A stretch of 64,000 bases of DNA from an uncultured delta proteobacterium (lineage in GTDB: Bacteria > Desulfobacterota > Desulfomonilia > UBA1062), in NCBI GenBank assembly GCA_963798485.1, contig CAWCTR010000007.1, forward strand, positions 578,043 through 642,042. The letters run 5' to 3'. Shown piece after piece: positions 29,344 to 39,182 of this stretch. The position numbers and the translations under genes were made by a program. The notes beneath the pieces were generated by a model that saw nothing but the letters and a program-made list of their open reading frames with translations, was not told the origin of the DNA and searched no databases. Numbering within the stretch: position 1 is the first letter of the stretch; each line of letters starts with the position of its first letter.

Positions 29344-30360
29344 ATGGCAGAGTCTAAGAAAAAGAAACTCGGGGTCAATCAGGTTCTTGCAGTCCAGGTA
29401 GTGGTGAGCTTCGTCGTCATCGCCGTTTTGATCGTGGTAGGGGGATTACTTGTCTTCCGTGTCATGGGGACCGAATACACCCAGTTCACCGTGGCAGGGT
29501 TCATTGCGACGGTATACATGGCATTCATTACGTTCCAGCCCGCAGGCACCCTGTTTGCGGCACGCAAGGAGCTCATCGAGGGAAAGGTGGAGCTTCCAAC
29601 AGGGGGAGATGCAGGGGCGGATAGGCCTGTGGGGAACCCCTGGCTCATGACTCTTCCTGTATCGTTTCCCATCGCCTTGTTCTGCACGGCGATCATCGTG
29701 GGTATCATCTATGGAACCGGGTGGACGCCGCGCCCACGCATAACCTTAGCGCTCTCGTTGCTCTATGTCATACCGCACTACCTCATTACCAGCCGATTCA
29801 TCGGCCATGACCTTACTATCTTCGCAGCCAAAGGACTAGGTGCCTATGCCGGGGTCATATCGAAGAAGGAGTATTTCTGGAAAACATACATGCTGCCCAA
29901 TGTCATATTTCAACTCATCATAAACTGTCCGATCGCAAACAGAGGGTTCCATCAGGAAATGCTCAAACAATCGCAAGGCCTTATTCCGGTAAAGGCGGTT
30001 ATGTTAGACCATATCATCACCTTTATGTTCGTGTGCAACTTCACTTTTCTTGCTGCCATCATGTACACAATCTCGGGCTTTTATATGGGCATCATTACAC
30101 TTGAAGGTCTCCGCAAGGGCAAGGGTATTCACGGGTTCTTCTACTTCCTGATCATGCTCCTCATGGGGATCGTTTTAGGTGTCATCTACGTGGCAGCCTT
30201 TGGTGCAGTCGGAGTGGAAAACATTTCATTTGCAGCTGCCATGATATCCAAGGTCGTGTGTGTTCTCATCGCAGTGTATCTTGGCTCTTACATGGCCATG
30301 GGATGGACGGCCAAAAAGATTAGGGCGCATATGGATGCGCAGGCAGCCTCTGCCGGGTAA
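29344..30360 (+). CDS. Hypothetical integral membrane protein (~8 TM)
   Basis: Multiple hydrophobic segments; GGGGAGG RBS; no recognised motif. Confidence 0.7.
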   Translation: MAESKKKKLGVNQVLAVQVVVSFVVIAVLIVVGGLLVFRVMGTEYTQFTVAGFIATVYMAFITFQPAGTLFAARKELIEGKVELPTGGDAGADRPVGNPWLMTLPVSFPIALFCTAIIVGIIYGTGWTPRPRITLALSLLYVIPHYLITSRFIGHDLTIFAAKGLGAYAGVISKKEYFWKTYMLPNVIFQLIINCPIANRGFHQEMLKQSQGLIPVKAVMLDHIITFMFVCNFTFLAAIMYTISGFYMGIITLEGLRKGKGIHGFFYFLIMLLMGIVLGVIYVAAFGAVGVENISFAAAMISKVVCVLIAVYLGSYMAMGWTAKKIRAHMDAQAASAG

Positions 30361-30468
30361 TATCCGCTCCGTCACCAGAGCAGGCATATCTTTAAGGTAT
30401 CGGGCCAAGACCATAGATATGGCCTGCTAAGATTTGACATATCAACCATACATGAGAGGACCCTAACA

Positions 30469-31254
30469 TTACGCCGAAGTCCCGGTATAATGCCGCAATC
30501 CCAGGCGCCAGAAAACCCGTGAGATCACTAGCAGGACCACGGCCATGACAATTGCGCCTGCCAGGGTGACCCCGTTCATACGGCCGGTCAGGGCCTCGGC
30601 GGGCACTGTCGTGGCAAAGGCGACCGGCACGATGAAGGTAAGCGCGAAGCGCAGCCACCCCGGATACAGGCTCACCGGCCAGCGTCCTGCCTCGTACATG
30701 CTCTGGAAGATCATCAGGATATTCTCCACCCGCACAAACCAGAATGAGAGCGTGGCCAGGATCAGCCAGAAGCCGTAGATGATGACCGTGCCTGCGAGCA
30801 GCATCACGGTGAATTCCGCTACTTGCTGCATCCCCATCTTTTCCCCCAGCCGCAGAAGCGCGGTTACCAGAACAGCGAATCCCAGGATGATATCTATAAG
30901 CTTCCAGATTTCCACCTGCTGAATGCTGACGAGGAGTTGGGCGTCTTCCGGCTTGGTGAGAGTGAAATCGAGCGTCCCGTTCCTGACGGATGCAATAAGC
31001 TGCTCCATGCCCGGCTGAATCACAAAACCGATTATACCTCCGACAAGGATGTAAATCCCCACCAGTGCCAGCACCTCGTCGGGTCGCCAACCACCAAGGG
31101 TGCTGGTATGTGAGAAGATCACGGCCAGTCCGGCCACTGCCGTAGCCAATTCCAGGACGGACTGGAACAGCTGCACGAAAAAGTTTACGCGGTAGGCCAG
31201 TTCGCCCATGACGCTGACCCTAAAAAAGACAACCAGGAGGCGAGGGTAGCTCAT
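30469..31254 (-). CDS. ABC-2 family permease
   Basis: ELAYRVNFF, VRNGTLDFTLTKP; ATGA overlap with upstream permease. Confidence 0.85.
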   Translation of the reverse strand: MSYPRLLVVFFRVSVMGELAYRVNFFVQLFQSVLELATAVAGLAVIFSHTSTLGGWRPDEVLALVGIYILVGGIIGFVIQPGMEQLIASVRNGTLDFTLTKPEDAQLLVSIQQVEIWKLIDIILGFAVLVTALLRLGEKMGMQQVAEFTVMLLAGTVIIYGFWLILATLSFWFVRVENILMIFQSMYEAGRWPVSLYPGWLRFALTFIVPVAFATTVPAEALTGRMNGVTLAGAIVMAVVLLVISRVFWRLGLRHYTGTSA

Positions 31255-32054
31255 GCGCCTACCGCCGAGTATACACGCACGCCCGCATGCCACACGATCC
31301 GGAGCAGCACCAGGCTTACTCCCAGCCATAGAGCCTGTGCCATGAAGCCTGTCAGTGCATCGCTTAAAGTAAGACGGCCGAGAAGGAGCTCCACCGGAAA
31401 GCCGATCATCCAGCGAAACGGCAGGACAGTTGCCGCCACCCGGATAGGATAGGGGAAAAGCGCAATCGGGGCGATCTGCCCGGAGAGAAACAGCACCAGG
31501 ACAAAATAGATCTGGTTGATGGCGTTGGTGCGCGTGGTCCAGAAGGCGGCCAGGGCCAGTGTCCACTCCAGGAGGAACCGCAGGATGAAGGCAAACAACA
31601 GCGCAGGGACAAATGCTACGACGGCCCAGGGAACTGGTGCGGCGGCTGGTTTGAAGATTGCCGCCAGCCCGGCCGCAATGAGCAGCATGAAGGGAAGGGT
31701 GACCAGCTTTGCCGAGACGTTGTCGGCTATGTCTGAGTGGATAGGAAACACGGGCTTCAGCAGCGCGAACGACAGCACCCCTTCCCGGATGCGATATTCA
31801 TATTCGTACATGATCCAGGTGTAGGTGAGGTGATTGACCAGCATCAGCACTATGAAATAGGCCGCGAAACCCTGTGCGGTGTAATCGCCCACGCTGCCGC
31901 CCGCCCCATTCGAGACCACGGACCAGACAATGAGATAGACGAGCGGCTCCAGCACGTGCCCCATCATCCAGATGACCAGAGCGGCGCGGTACTGGAGCAT
32001 CATGATAAAGGTGGTCTTAAACTGCTGCACATAGAGCTCCTTAAGCGCCTTCAT
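31251..32054 (-). CDS. ABC-2 family permease
   Basis: LQYRAA, IREGVLSFALLKP, FLSGQIAPI. Confidence 0.85.
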   Translation of the reverse strand: MKALKELYVQQFKTTFIMMLQYRAALVIWMMGHVLEPLVYLIVWSVVSNGAGGSVGDYTAQGFAAYFIVLMLVNHLTYTWIMYEYEYRIREGVLSFALLKPVFPIHSDIADNVSAKLVTLPFMLLIAAGLAAIFKPAAAPVPWAVVAFVPALLFAFILRFLLEWTLALAAFWTTRTNAINQIYFVLVLFLSGQIAPIALFPYPIRVAATVLPFRWMIGFPVELLLGRLTLSDALTGFMAQALWLGVSLVLLRIVWHAGVRVYSAVGA

Positions 32055-33037
32055 GGGGGCTCCTGTGCAAAGATCCGTTCGATCACTTCCTCGATGGGCG
32101 GGTCCTCTACCAGCAGGTCGATCACGGGCAGATCGGCCAGCAGACGCTCGGTGACATGGGCGGCCTCGGCCTTCGGGACGCGCAGCGTAACGAGGCCGTC
32201 GGAACAGGAGACCACCTCACCGTAGGAATTCAAATCGTTATTACAATTTCCCAATTGCACCACAATGGTTTTATGGGCGGTGAATTGCTGCACCAGATTC
32301 GACAGGTCGCCGTCGAAGAGGAGACGGCCTTGGTGGATGATGACGACGCGGCGGCACAGCGCCTCGACGTCGGCCATGTAGTGGCTGGTCAACAGGACGG
32401 TCGCCCCGAAGCGGCGGTTGTACTCTGCAATAAAGGTGCGGATGCGCCGCTGCATGGTCACATCAAGGCCTATGGTAGGCTCGTCGAGGAAGACCACCTG
32501 GGGCTGGTGCAGAAGGGCGGACGCAATCTCGCACTTCATCCGTTCACCTAAAGAGAGGTTGCGCACAGGCTTCCGGAGAAGCGGACCCAGTTCGAGGAGA
32601 CAGGTCAATTCGTCAAGCATTCGGTGGTAGTCTTCGAAGGGAATGCGGTATATGGCCCGGTTCAATTCGAACGAATCCAAGGCCGGGATATCCCAGATAA
32701 GCTGGTTGCGCTGACCCATTACCAGAGTAATCCGGCGGAGGTATTCCCTGTCGCGCTTCCACGGCACATGGCCAAGCACGCTGACCTCACCCGCAGTGGG
32801 GTGGAGCAATCCGGAAAGCATCTTGAGCGTGGTCGTCTTGCCGGCGCCGTTGGGGCCTAAGAAACCCACGATCTCGCCGGGGGCAAGGTCGAACGTGATG
32901 CCATCCACAGCGTGAATATCTCTGGTACGCCGGTGTATGAGGCTTTTGATCGCAGCCTTCACCCCGACTTCCCTCTCGCTCACCACATAGATTTTGGAGA
33001 GGTTACGAATGTGGATAGCTGGAGTTGTCATACTCAT
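32051..33037 (-). CDS. ABC transporter ATP-binding protein
   Basis: GPNGAGKTT, LSLGERMK, FLDEPTIGLD. Confidence 0.93.
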   Translation of the reverse strand: MSMTTPAIHIRNLSKIYVVSEREVGVKAAIKSLIHRRTRDIHAVDGITFDLAPGEIVGFLGPNGAGKTTTLKMLSGLLHPTAGEVSVLGHVPWKRDREYLRRITLVMGQRNQLIWDIPALDSFELNRAIYRIPFEDYHRMLDELTCLLELGPLLRKPVRNLSLGERMKCEIASALLHQPQVVFLDEPTIGLDVTMQRRIRTFIAEYNRRFGATVLLTSHYMADVEALCRRVVIIHQGRLLFDGDLSNLVQQFTAHKTIVVQLGNCNNDLNSYGEVVSCSDGLVTLRVPKAEAAHVTERLLADLPVIDLLVEDPPIEEVIERIFAQEPP

Positions 33038-33204
33038 GTCCCTTTTTACTTCAATGTTAGTTGTCTTCTGCCAATAATCAATGGGATATCTTATCCTGAT
33101 ACCCTGTTGCTTTTTATACCCATGGCATTATTAATAAAGAATCCCAAAACATAATCCATAGAGACCGCTCCTGAGACCAAGAACAAACTGAGGAGGGGAA
33201 AAAA

Positions 33205-33720
33205 ATGAAAATACTTTGCCTATTCCTTGCTTTGGCAGTACTCATGATGACCCAGACCCAGATCGCTTATTCCAGATCCTCTATGAAGACATCCAGCACG
33301 GCAGAACTGATAATATACCTGGAGCCGCACCTTGACCCTGAAATTGCCGCCATCCATGCAAAGTACATTGATGAATATGCAAGCAAATGGAAGGTGGACC
33401 GGCTGAAGGTGATCAGCATAGCCCACCAGGAATCGAATTTCAGGGCCGATGCCCAGAGTTCCGTAGGCTGTATCGGCGCAATGCAGGTTAATCCGAGGAC
33501 TCACCAGGACAAACTGAAGAGGAGGGGGATCACCTGGCGTGACCTGTATTTCTTAAGGAACAACTATGATATCGGCTCGGAAATATTGCATGACTGCCTG
33601 AAGACATCACGAAACTTTGATGAGGCCCTGAACAAGTACAGCGGGGGGAGCAGGAAATACACGAGAGAGGTAAAAAAGATCTACGGAATGCTCTATAGAT
33701 GCGGGCTCATGACAAGCTGA
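33205..33720 (+). CDS. Secreted lytic transglycosylase (SLT domain)
   Basis: Signal peptide; QESNF, GAMQV, ALNKYSGG. Confidence 0.85.
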   Translation: MKILCLFLALAVLMMTQTQIAYSRSSMKTSSTAELIIYLEPHLDPEIAAIHAKYIDEYASKWKVDRLKVISIAHQESNFRADAQSSVGCIGAMQVNPRTHQDKLKRRGITWRDLYFLRNNYDIGSEILHDCLKTSRNFDEALNKYSGGSRKYTREVKKIYGMLYRCGLMTS

Positions 33721-33734
33721 TTTCCTGGACAAGG

Positions 33735-33776
33735 TGGAGACGGATTTTTTTGAGTAGTAAAAAAAATCCGTCTCCA
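33735..33776. terminator. Bidirectional terminator between convergent genes
   Basis: TGGAGACGGATTTTTTT...AAAAAAAATCCGTCTCCA long perfect stem. Confidence 0.75.
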
Positions 33777-33793
33777 TTTTCTCCTGCCGATGC

Positions 33794-36253
33794 TCACCTC
33801 TTCCTTATGCCTGCCGGTTTTTCCCTTCTTTTCTTGTCTTTCCTATGGTCGCCCTTCATCGACTTGTTCTCAGCAAAGCCGGCCCAGGTTTCGGTCAGCT
33901 TGCAAAGTTCTCTGTCAACGAGATCATGTATGGTCCCCCTCTCGAAGCTGCCGTCCTTGCGCCTCGACCCGGCCTTTACACCCGTGAGGATCTCAATGCC
34001 TTCATCGATGCTCGTAACGCTCCAGATAGTGAACTTTTTTGCCTTCACCGCTTCGATGACCTCATCCTTGAGCATGAGGTTCCTGACATTGCTTTCAGGG
34101 ATTATCACCCCCTGTCTCCCGGTGATGCCCATGACCTTGCACACCTCGAAGAATCCTTCGATCTTCTCGTTCACGCCTCCGATGGCCTGCACCTCGCCCC
34201 TCTGGTTCACCGATCCGGTCACTGCGATGCCCTGTCTGATGGGTTTACCCGATAGTGCGGATAATATGGCATAGAGTTCGGTGGAGGAGGCGGAATCACC
34301 GTCGACCCCTGAGTAGCTCTGCTCGAACACGAGCCTGGCCGAAAGGCTGATGGGTTTTTCTTTGGCATAGGCATAGGCAAGATAACCTGAAAGGATCATG
34401 ACCCCCTTGGTATGGATGGGCCCCCCGAGCTTGGCCTCGCGCTCGATGTCTATGACCCCGTCGTGGCCCGGCTCTATGCTTGCCGTGATCCTGCTGGGTC
34501 TGCCGAACATGATATCGCCGAGGTCGATTACGGACAGACCGTTCACCTGCCCCGTTTTTTCGCCATCCACATCGATCTTTATCATGCCCTGAGAGATCAT
34601 CTCTTTGGCCTTTTCCATGAGCAGGTTCGAACGGAGAAAGCGTTCTTCCACCGCCTGTTTTACATGCCTTTCCTGTACCAGCGGCAAATTCTCCTGGGAT
34701 GCATAGAAACTCGCCTCGCGGATCACATTGGCGATCTCGCCGAAGCGGGTCGAGAGTTTATCCTGGTCGGATGCCAGCCTGCAGCTGTGTTCCACCACCT
34801 TTACGATGGCGTCCTTGTCGAAATGGAGCAGGTTCTCTTCCTGGCAGATGCTGCACAGGAACGAGGCATAGCTCTTCATGTTCTCATCGGTGCGTTCCAT
34901 GACAGTATCGAAATCGGCCTTTACCTTGAAGAGGTCCTGGAAATCTTGGTCGAGCTCATAGAGCCGGTAGTAAAGGTTCGGCGTCCCGATAAGAATGACC
35001 TTGATATCCCAGGGTATGGGCTCGGGCATGATGCTCCTCGTGGTCATGAATCCCATGCGCTCTCCTGCCTCCTCGATGCGGATCTCCCGGTTGCGTATGG
35101 CGCGCTTGAGCCCGTCCCAGGAGAAGTAGTTGATGAGGACGTCCTCCACCGGCAGTATGAGGTAACCGCCGTTTGCCTGGTGCAGCGAGCCTGAGCGGAT
35201 CATGGTAAAGTCGGTCAGGAGCGCACCGAACTGCGCCTCTTTCTCGATCCGTCCGAAAAGGTTGTTATAGCTGGGGTTCAGTTCTGTTATGATGGGGGCG
35301 CCTTTGAGCTTGGAGTTGTCTACAAGCACGTTGACCTTGTACTTCCTAAACCTCAGTTCTCCATCCATCATAAAAGGCGTCTCCGGCTGTGGCTGGCTTT
35401 TCTGGTCATCGCCTCTAAACAGGGGTAGGTTCTCGACCATGTCTTCACGAACGGCCTTTAAATGCGATATGATCCCTGTCTGATCGCGGTATTTCTCCAT
35501 CAGGTCGTCCAGCAGGTTGTCAAGGGTGTAGGAGGCGATATCCCGGTCAAGCTTTGCAATCATCTCGTTCACCTTCTTCTCGAGGACAGCCACCTGGCGA
35601 CCCGCCTTTTTGATCAGTTCCTGAAGCTTCCCCTGCTTGCGGGTGAATGCATCCTGTGTCTTCTTGTCCAGCGCGCGGAACTCCTCCTCGGTCATGGGCC
35701 TGTTTTCAACAACGGGAAACGCGAAGAGCCCCATGGGGGTAGCCTGGATGAGGAGGCCCTTCTTGCGTGCGTCCTCATTAACCTTGCTGAAGAGTTCATC
35801 CCGCTGTTCCTGGAACTTCTTGGCCGCCTGGTTCCTCCGAGTCGCGTATTCCTCGCTCTCAAAGGCCTTGACGATCCCCTTGCGGGATGCCTTTACGAAT
35901 TCCTCCACGTCACGGCTGAACTCGTGTGCCGTGCCTGCGGGTATGGATATGGTATTCGGGCGGTAGGGGTCCTTGAAGTTGTTTACATAGCACCAGTCAG
36001 GGGGAGTGGGCTGACCCTTTGCAAGCTCCCGCAGGTAGGCTCTCAAAGCCGTTTTTCTGCCGGACCCTGCGTAACCCGATACATAGATGTTGAACCCTTT
36101 GTTTCTGATCCGAAGCCCGAAGTTGAGCGCCTTCAGTGCCCTTTTCTGGCCGAGGATCGTCTGCAGGGGCTCGGCATCCCTGCTGTCCGTACATCCGAAA
36201 ACACTTGGCTCACAGATACATTGCAATCTCTCCGGGGGTACCTTGCCTGACAT
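33794..36253 (-). CDS. Lon-like protease (LonC/AAA_32 type)
   Basis: GSLHQANGGYL, GQVNGLSV, FEQSYSGVDGDSASS, QAIGGVNEKIEGFF. Confidence 0.92.
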   Translation of the reverse strand: MSGKVPPERLQCICEPSVFGCTDSRDAEPLQTILGQKRALKALNFGLRIRNKGFNIYVSGYAGSGRKTALRAYLRELAKGQPTPPDWCYVNNFKDPYRPNTISIPAGTAHEFSRDVEEFVKASRKGIVKAFESEEYATRRNQAAKKFQEQRDELFSKVNEDARKKGLLIQATPMGLFAFPVVENRPMTEEEFRALDKKTQDAFTRKQGKLQELIKKAGRQVAVLEKKVNEMIAKLDRDIASYTLDNLLDDLMEKYRDQTGIISHLKAVREDMVENLPLFRGDDQKSQPQPETPFMMDGELRFRKYKVNVLVDNSKLKGAPIITELNPSYNNLFGRIEKEAQFGALLTDFTMIRSGSLHQANGGYLILPVEDVLINYFSWDGLKRAIRNREIRIEEAGERMGFMTTRSIMPEPIPWDIKVILIGTPNLYYRLYELDQDFQDLFKVKADFDTVMERTDENMKSYASFLCSICQEENLLHFDKDAIVKVVEHSCRLASDQDKLSTRFGEIANVIREASFYASQENLPLVQERHVKQAVEERFLRSNLLMEKAKEMISQGMIKIDVDGEKTGQVNGLSVIDLGDIMFGRPSRITASIEPGHDGVIDIEREAKLGGPIHTKGVMILSGYLAYAYAKEKPISLSARLVFEQSYSGVDGDSASSTELYAILSALSGKPIRQGIAVTGSVNQRGEVQAIGGVNEKIEGFFEVCKVMGITGRQGVIIPESNVRNLMLKDEVIEAVKAKKFTIWSVTSIDEGIEILTGVKAGSRRKDGSFERGTIHDLVDRELCKLTETWAGFAENKSMKGDHRKDKKRREKPAGIRKR

Positions 36254-36540
36254 CTCTGCTCCTCTGTAGCCTAGCCGGCCTTGTTTGTCTTGGGGTTGCG
36301 TATGAACGCCCAATGTCTATGTGCATGGAACTCCATCAAAATAAACATCATCCCGGAATGGGATGCATGCAACCGTTATCTTTCAGATGCCTGGTAACAT
36401 AATATGATCATGATAATACTCAGCATAACAAATTGCAAGAAAGGGAGGCACACAATACAACCGAATCTTTTCCTCCTATCGTCATGGCAAAGACTGAGAT
36501 GGTATATTTATCTGGAGGATTTAGATCCTTATCAAATAAA

Positions 36541-36578
36541 TAAAAAGGCACGGAACATTTTTTTGATTTCCGTGCCTT
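36541..36578 (-). terminator. Intrinsic terminator downstream of comEA-like gene
   Basis: AAGGCACGGAA...TTCCGTGCCTT stem with minus-strand T tract. Confidence 0.6.
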
Positions 36579-36690
36579 CTCATTCTTCGTAAATCTATCT
36601 TAAATATCATTATCCTCCTTTTTCGATCCTATATCCGCCCAAGTTCATATGCTGACTCTCCTTTTAGCAAACCCGTAATGCAAATTCATA

Positions 36691-37017
36691 TTAGATGGCT
36701 CCATAAGGATTGTAGTCGGATGACCCATCCAGCTTCAGGTGTGATCTCAGCACATCCAAAAAGGTACGGGTAATCCCCTTTATGTTCTTCAGCTCGTCGA
36801 TTGAATCGAAGGGGCCATGTGAATCCCTGAAGTCAACGATGTTCTGGGCAGTTTGCATGTCAACAAACGGTAACATGCTCAGCTCCTGGACGGTCGCAGT
36901 GTTGATATTTAATGCACCGCTGCTGATATCGGTGATGTTGTCATCGCTTGCATATACACTGAACCCTACGCCTATGAGAAAAACCGCCATTGCCATTATG
37001 TATTTTATGTTCTTCAT
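36691..37017 (-). CDS. ComEA-family helix-hairpin-helix DNA-binding protein
   Basis: Signal peptide; LNINTATVQEL, AQNIVDFR..HGPF.SIDELKNIKGI. Confidence 0.88.
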   Translation of the reverse strand: MKNIKYIMAMAVFLIGVGFSVYASDDNITDISSGALNINTATVQELSMLPFVDMQTAQNIVDFRDSHGPFDSIDELKNIKGITRTFLDVLRSHLKLDGSSDYNPYGAI

Positions 37018-37177
37018 GACTTTCTCTCCTTTTTAGCTTTATCAGCTGCCGTGCTAGTAGGGAATGCCGGATACGGAGTCAAGGCCTTCTCTTTATTAAC
37101 CGATACTTGTCTATTTTTATTATAATTATTAAGCCCTCTCTTTACTTTTTAACCACTTGCCGATATATAAGGATAAG

Positions 37178-37957
37178 ATGTTAGCGGATCAGAGAATACG
37201 CACCTTATCTTTGTTTGTATGTATTGCCTTCATCTTCTGTATGGGTGTCAAGCTACGCCCGACATTACATGAATTGGCATCGAAAAACGGGAAGAGTCCT
37301 GCCTTATACCTTGCGGAAAAGGTTGCTTCACACAGGCTTATCCTGCTCGGTACCAGGCATGATAACAACCAGATCCATGAACTGATCTTCGATATCCTGC
37401 CCGGCCTTGTCAAAGAAGCGGGGATAACTACCCTTTTTGTTGAAATACCATCGAGCCAACAAGGTGTTATCGAGCGTTTCAGGAAGGGGTTTTGCCCGGC
37501 AAGCGATATTAAGATCCATGAGATCATAGCGTCGCACGCCTACCTGAAGATCATTGCACGGGCAAAGGACCTCGGCATGGACATCATAGCCATTGACAAT
37601 GATGAAAATGGGCAGGTCACGAGGGACCAGTGGATGGCCTCTCATATCTCCGATTACATCGCGCACCATCCCGGCTCCAAGGGGCTGGTTATCGTGGGCA
37701 ATTGCCATGTTTATAAAAATATCGAGTGGGCATATGATGGATACCCGTCTATGGCTGATTACCTTCAGCCACTAAGTCCATTTTCCGTGGTCATGTGGCC
37801 CGGTGCCATTGAAAAGGGCCTGCCGTTGGCCCTTGATATCGATCACCACACCTTTCATGAGTTGAAAGACCCAACGCTTGCGTGCATGAATATACTTCCC
37901 CAAACCTGCCTCGCCACATCTGCTGACGGGGTCATCCTCCTCGCTGATCAATTGTGA
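37178..37957 (+). CDS. Membrane-anchored protein, possible ChaN/EreA-like fold
   Basis: N-terminal TM; LLGTRH, LFVE, RDQWMA, IVGNCH pattern. Confidence 0.5.
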   Translation: MLADQRIRTLSLFVCIAFIFCMGVKLRPTLHELASKNGKSPALYLAEKVASHRLILLGTRHDNNQIHELIFDILPGLVKEAGITTLFVEIPSSQQGVIERFRKGFCPASDIKIHEIIASHAYLKIIARAKDLGMDIIAIDNDENGQVTRDQWMASHISDYIAHHPGSKGLVIVGNCHVYKNIEWAYDGYPSMADYLQPLSPFSVVMWPGAIEKGLPLALDIDHHTFHELKDPTLACMNILPQTCLATSADGVILLADQL

Positions 37958-38155
37958 CGTAGTCAGGCTCAAACAAGAACGGGGTCATATCCTAGTAAAA
38001 AGGGCTACAAAATATTCAGTCTCGTCCCATGCCCCCCTAGCTTAACAAAGATACCTTATTATTTAAAGATAAGCAGTAAAAGGTGTCAATCTGATCAGCC
38101 TCCTTTCAAAGGAGATATCAGATCTATCAGATCAGATTGATACAACTAAACATTC

Positions 38156-38650
38156 ATGGAGGTAAAAAAAATGGATAGACGAATGTTTCTGAAAACTGTT
38201 GTCGCCAGCTCCGTCGTCGCCGGTTTTGCCAAAACGGTTGCAGCAGCCGAGCGTTATTTCCCTGTGCAGGTAAACCAGTCACTCTTCGGTGGTATCAACC
38301 GGGTAAAAGACCCTGCCATGAAAACGGGGCTTGAAAAAAGTCATGCCCCAGTACTTACTGCCCCATCATCGGTAAAGGCTGGCCAGCCATTCACCGTTGA
38401 AGTGTCCGTCGGTGAGAACCTTCACCCTATGGGTCCCACCCATTGGATTGAATTCATCGAACTTCGTCTCGGTAACGAACCGGCTGGGAGGGTTGATCTC
38501 CAGCCAATAGGGTACCTGATGCCCAAGGTAAGCTTTACCATGGTCATCCCAAAGGAAGCGGCACCTGCAGGGAAGGTAACCTTGCTTGCGAGACAGCATT
38601 GCAACCTCCATGGCCTTTGGGAGGGAAACCTCGACATCACCGTGAGTTAA
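38156..38650 (+). CDS. Class II (neelaredoxin-like) superoxide reductase with Tat signal
   Basis: DRRMFLK twin-arginine; EKSHAP, HPMGPTHWI, CNLHGLW iron ligands. Confidence 0.88.
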   Translation: MEVKKMDRRMFLKTVVASSVVAGFAKTVAAAERYFPVQVNQSLFGGINRVKDPAMKTGLEKSHAPVLTAPSSVKAGQPFTVEVSVGENLHPMGPTHWIEFIELRLGNEPAGRVDLQPIGYLMPKVSFTMVIPKEAAPAGKVTLLARQHCNLHGLWEGNLDITVS

Positions 38651-38685
38651 GCCAAGGAGGACCAAAAGGAAATGAAGACTTAATG

Positions 38686-39182
38686 TAGCCAAGACAGGCT
38701 CTGTGCTCACGGAATCCCAGATGAAGGCCTTGGAACGAGCCAAAGAAGAGAAAATCTCCCTTGGAGAGATAGAGACTGAGCATGTGGGGTACCTGGGAGC
38801 GCAGGACACTTACTATGTTGGCAACATCAAGGGAGTGGGCCGTATTTATCAGCAGACCTTCATAGACACGTATTCTTCAGTGGCCATGGCGAAGGTCTAT
38901 ACCAGCAAGCATCCCATCAATTCCGCTGATTTTCTCAATGATCGGGTTATTCCATTCTTCGATGAAAAGGGTGTGCATCTACTGAGGATCTTGACCGACC
39001 GTGGAACTGAATACTGCGGTAATCCCACTACCCATGAATACCAACTGTTCCTTGCCCTTAATGATATCGAACATACCAGGACAAGGGCAATGCGACCTCA
39101 ATCGAACGGGATCTGTGAGAGATTTCACAAGACAGTCGGGGATGAGTTCTACAGCATTGCTTTCCGGAGAAAGATCTATCTC
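38686..39182 (+). mobile_element. IS481-family transposase internal fragment (DDE core only)
   Basis: QDTYYVG, GRIYQQTFIDTYS, ILTDRGTEYCG, PQSNGICERF; no HTH, C-terminus or IRs seen. Confidence 0.85.

Noticed and set aside
36521-36611. ~30-aa minus-strand ORF with AGGAGG RBS downstream of comEA
   Set aside because: Runs through the terminator hairpin and has no motif; unsupported without homologs or ribosome profiling
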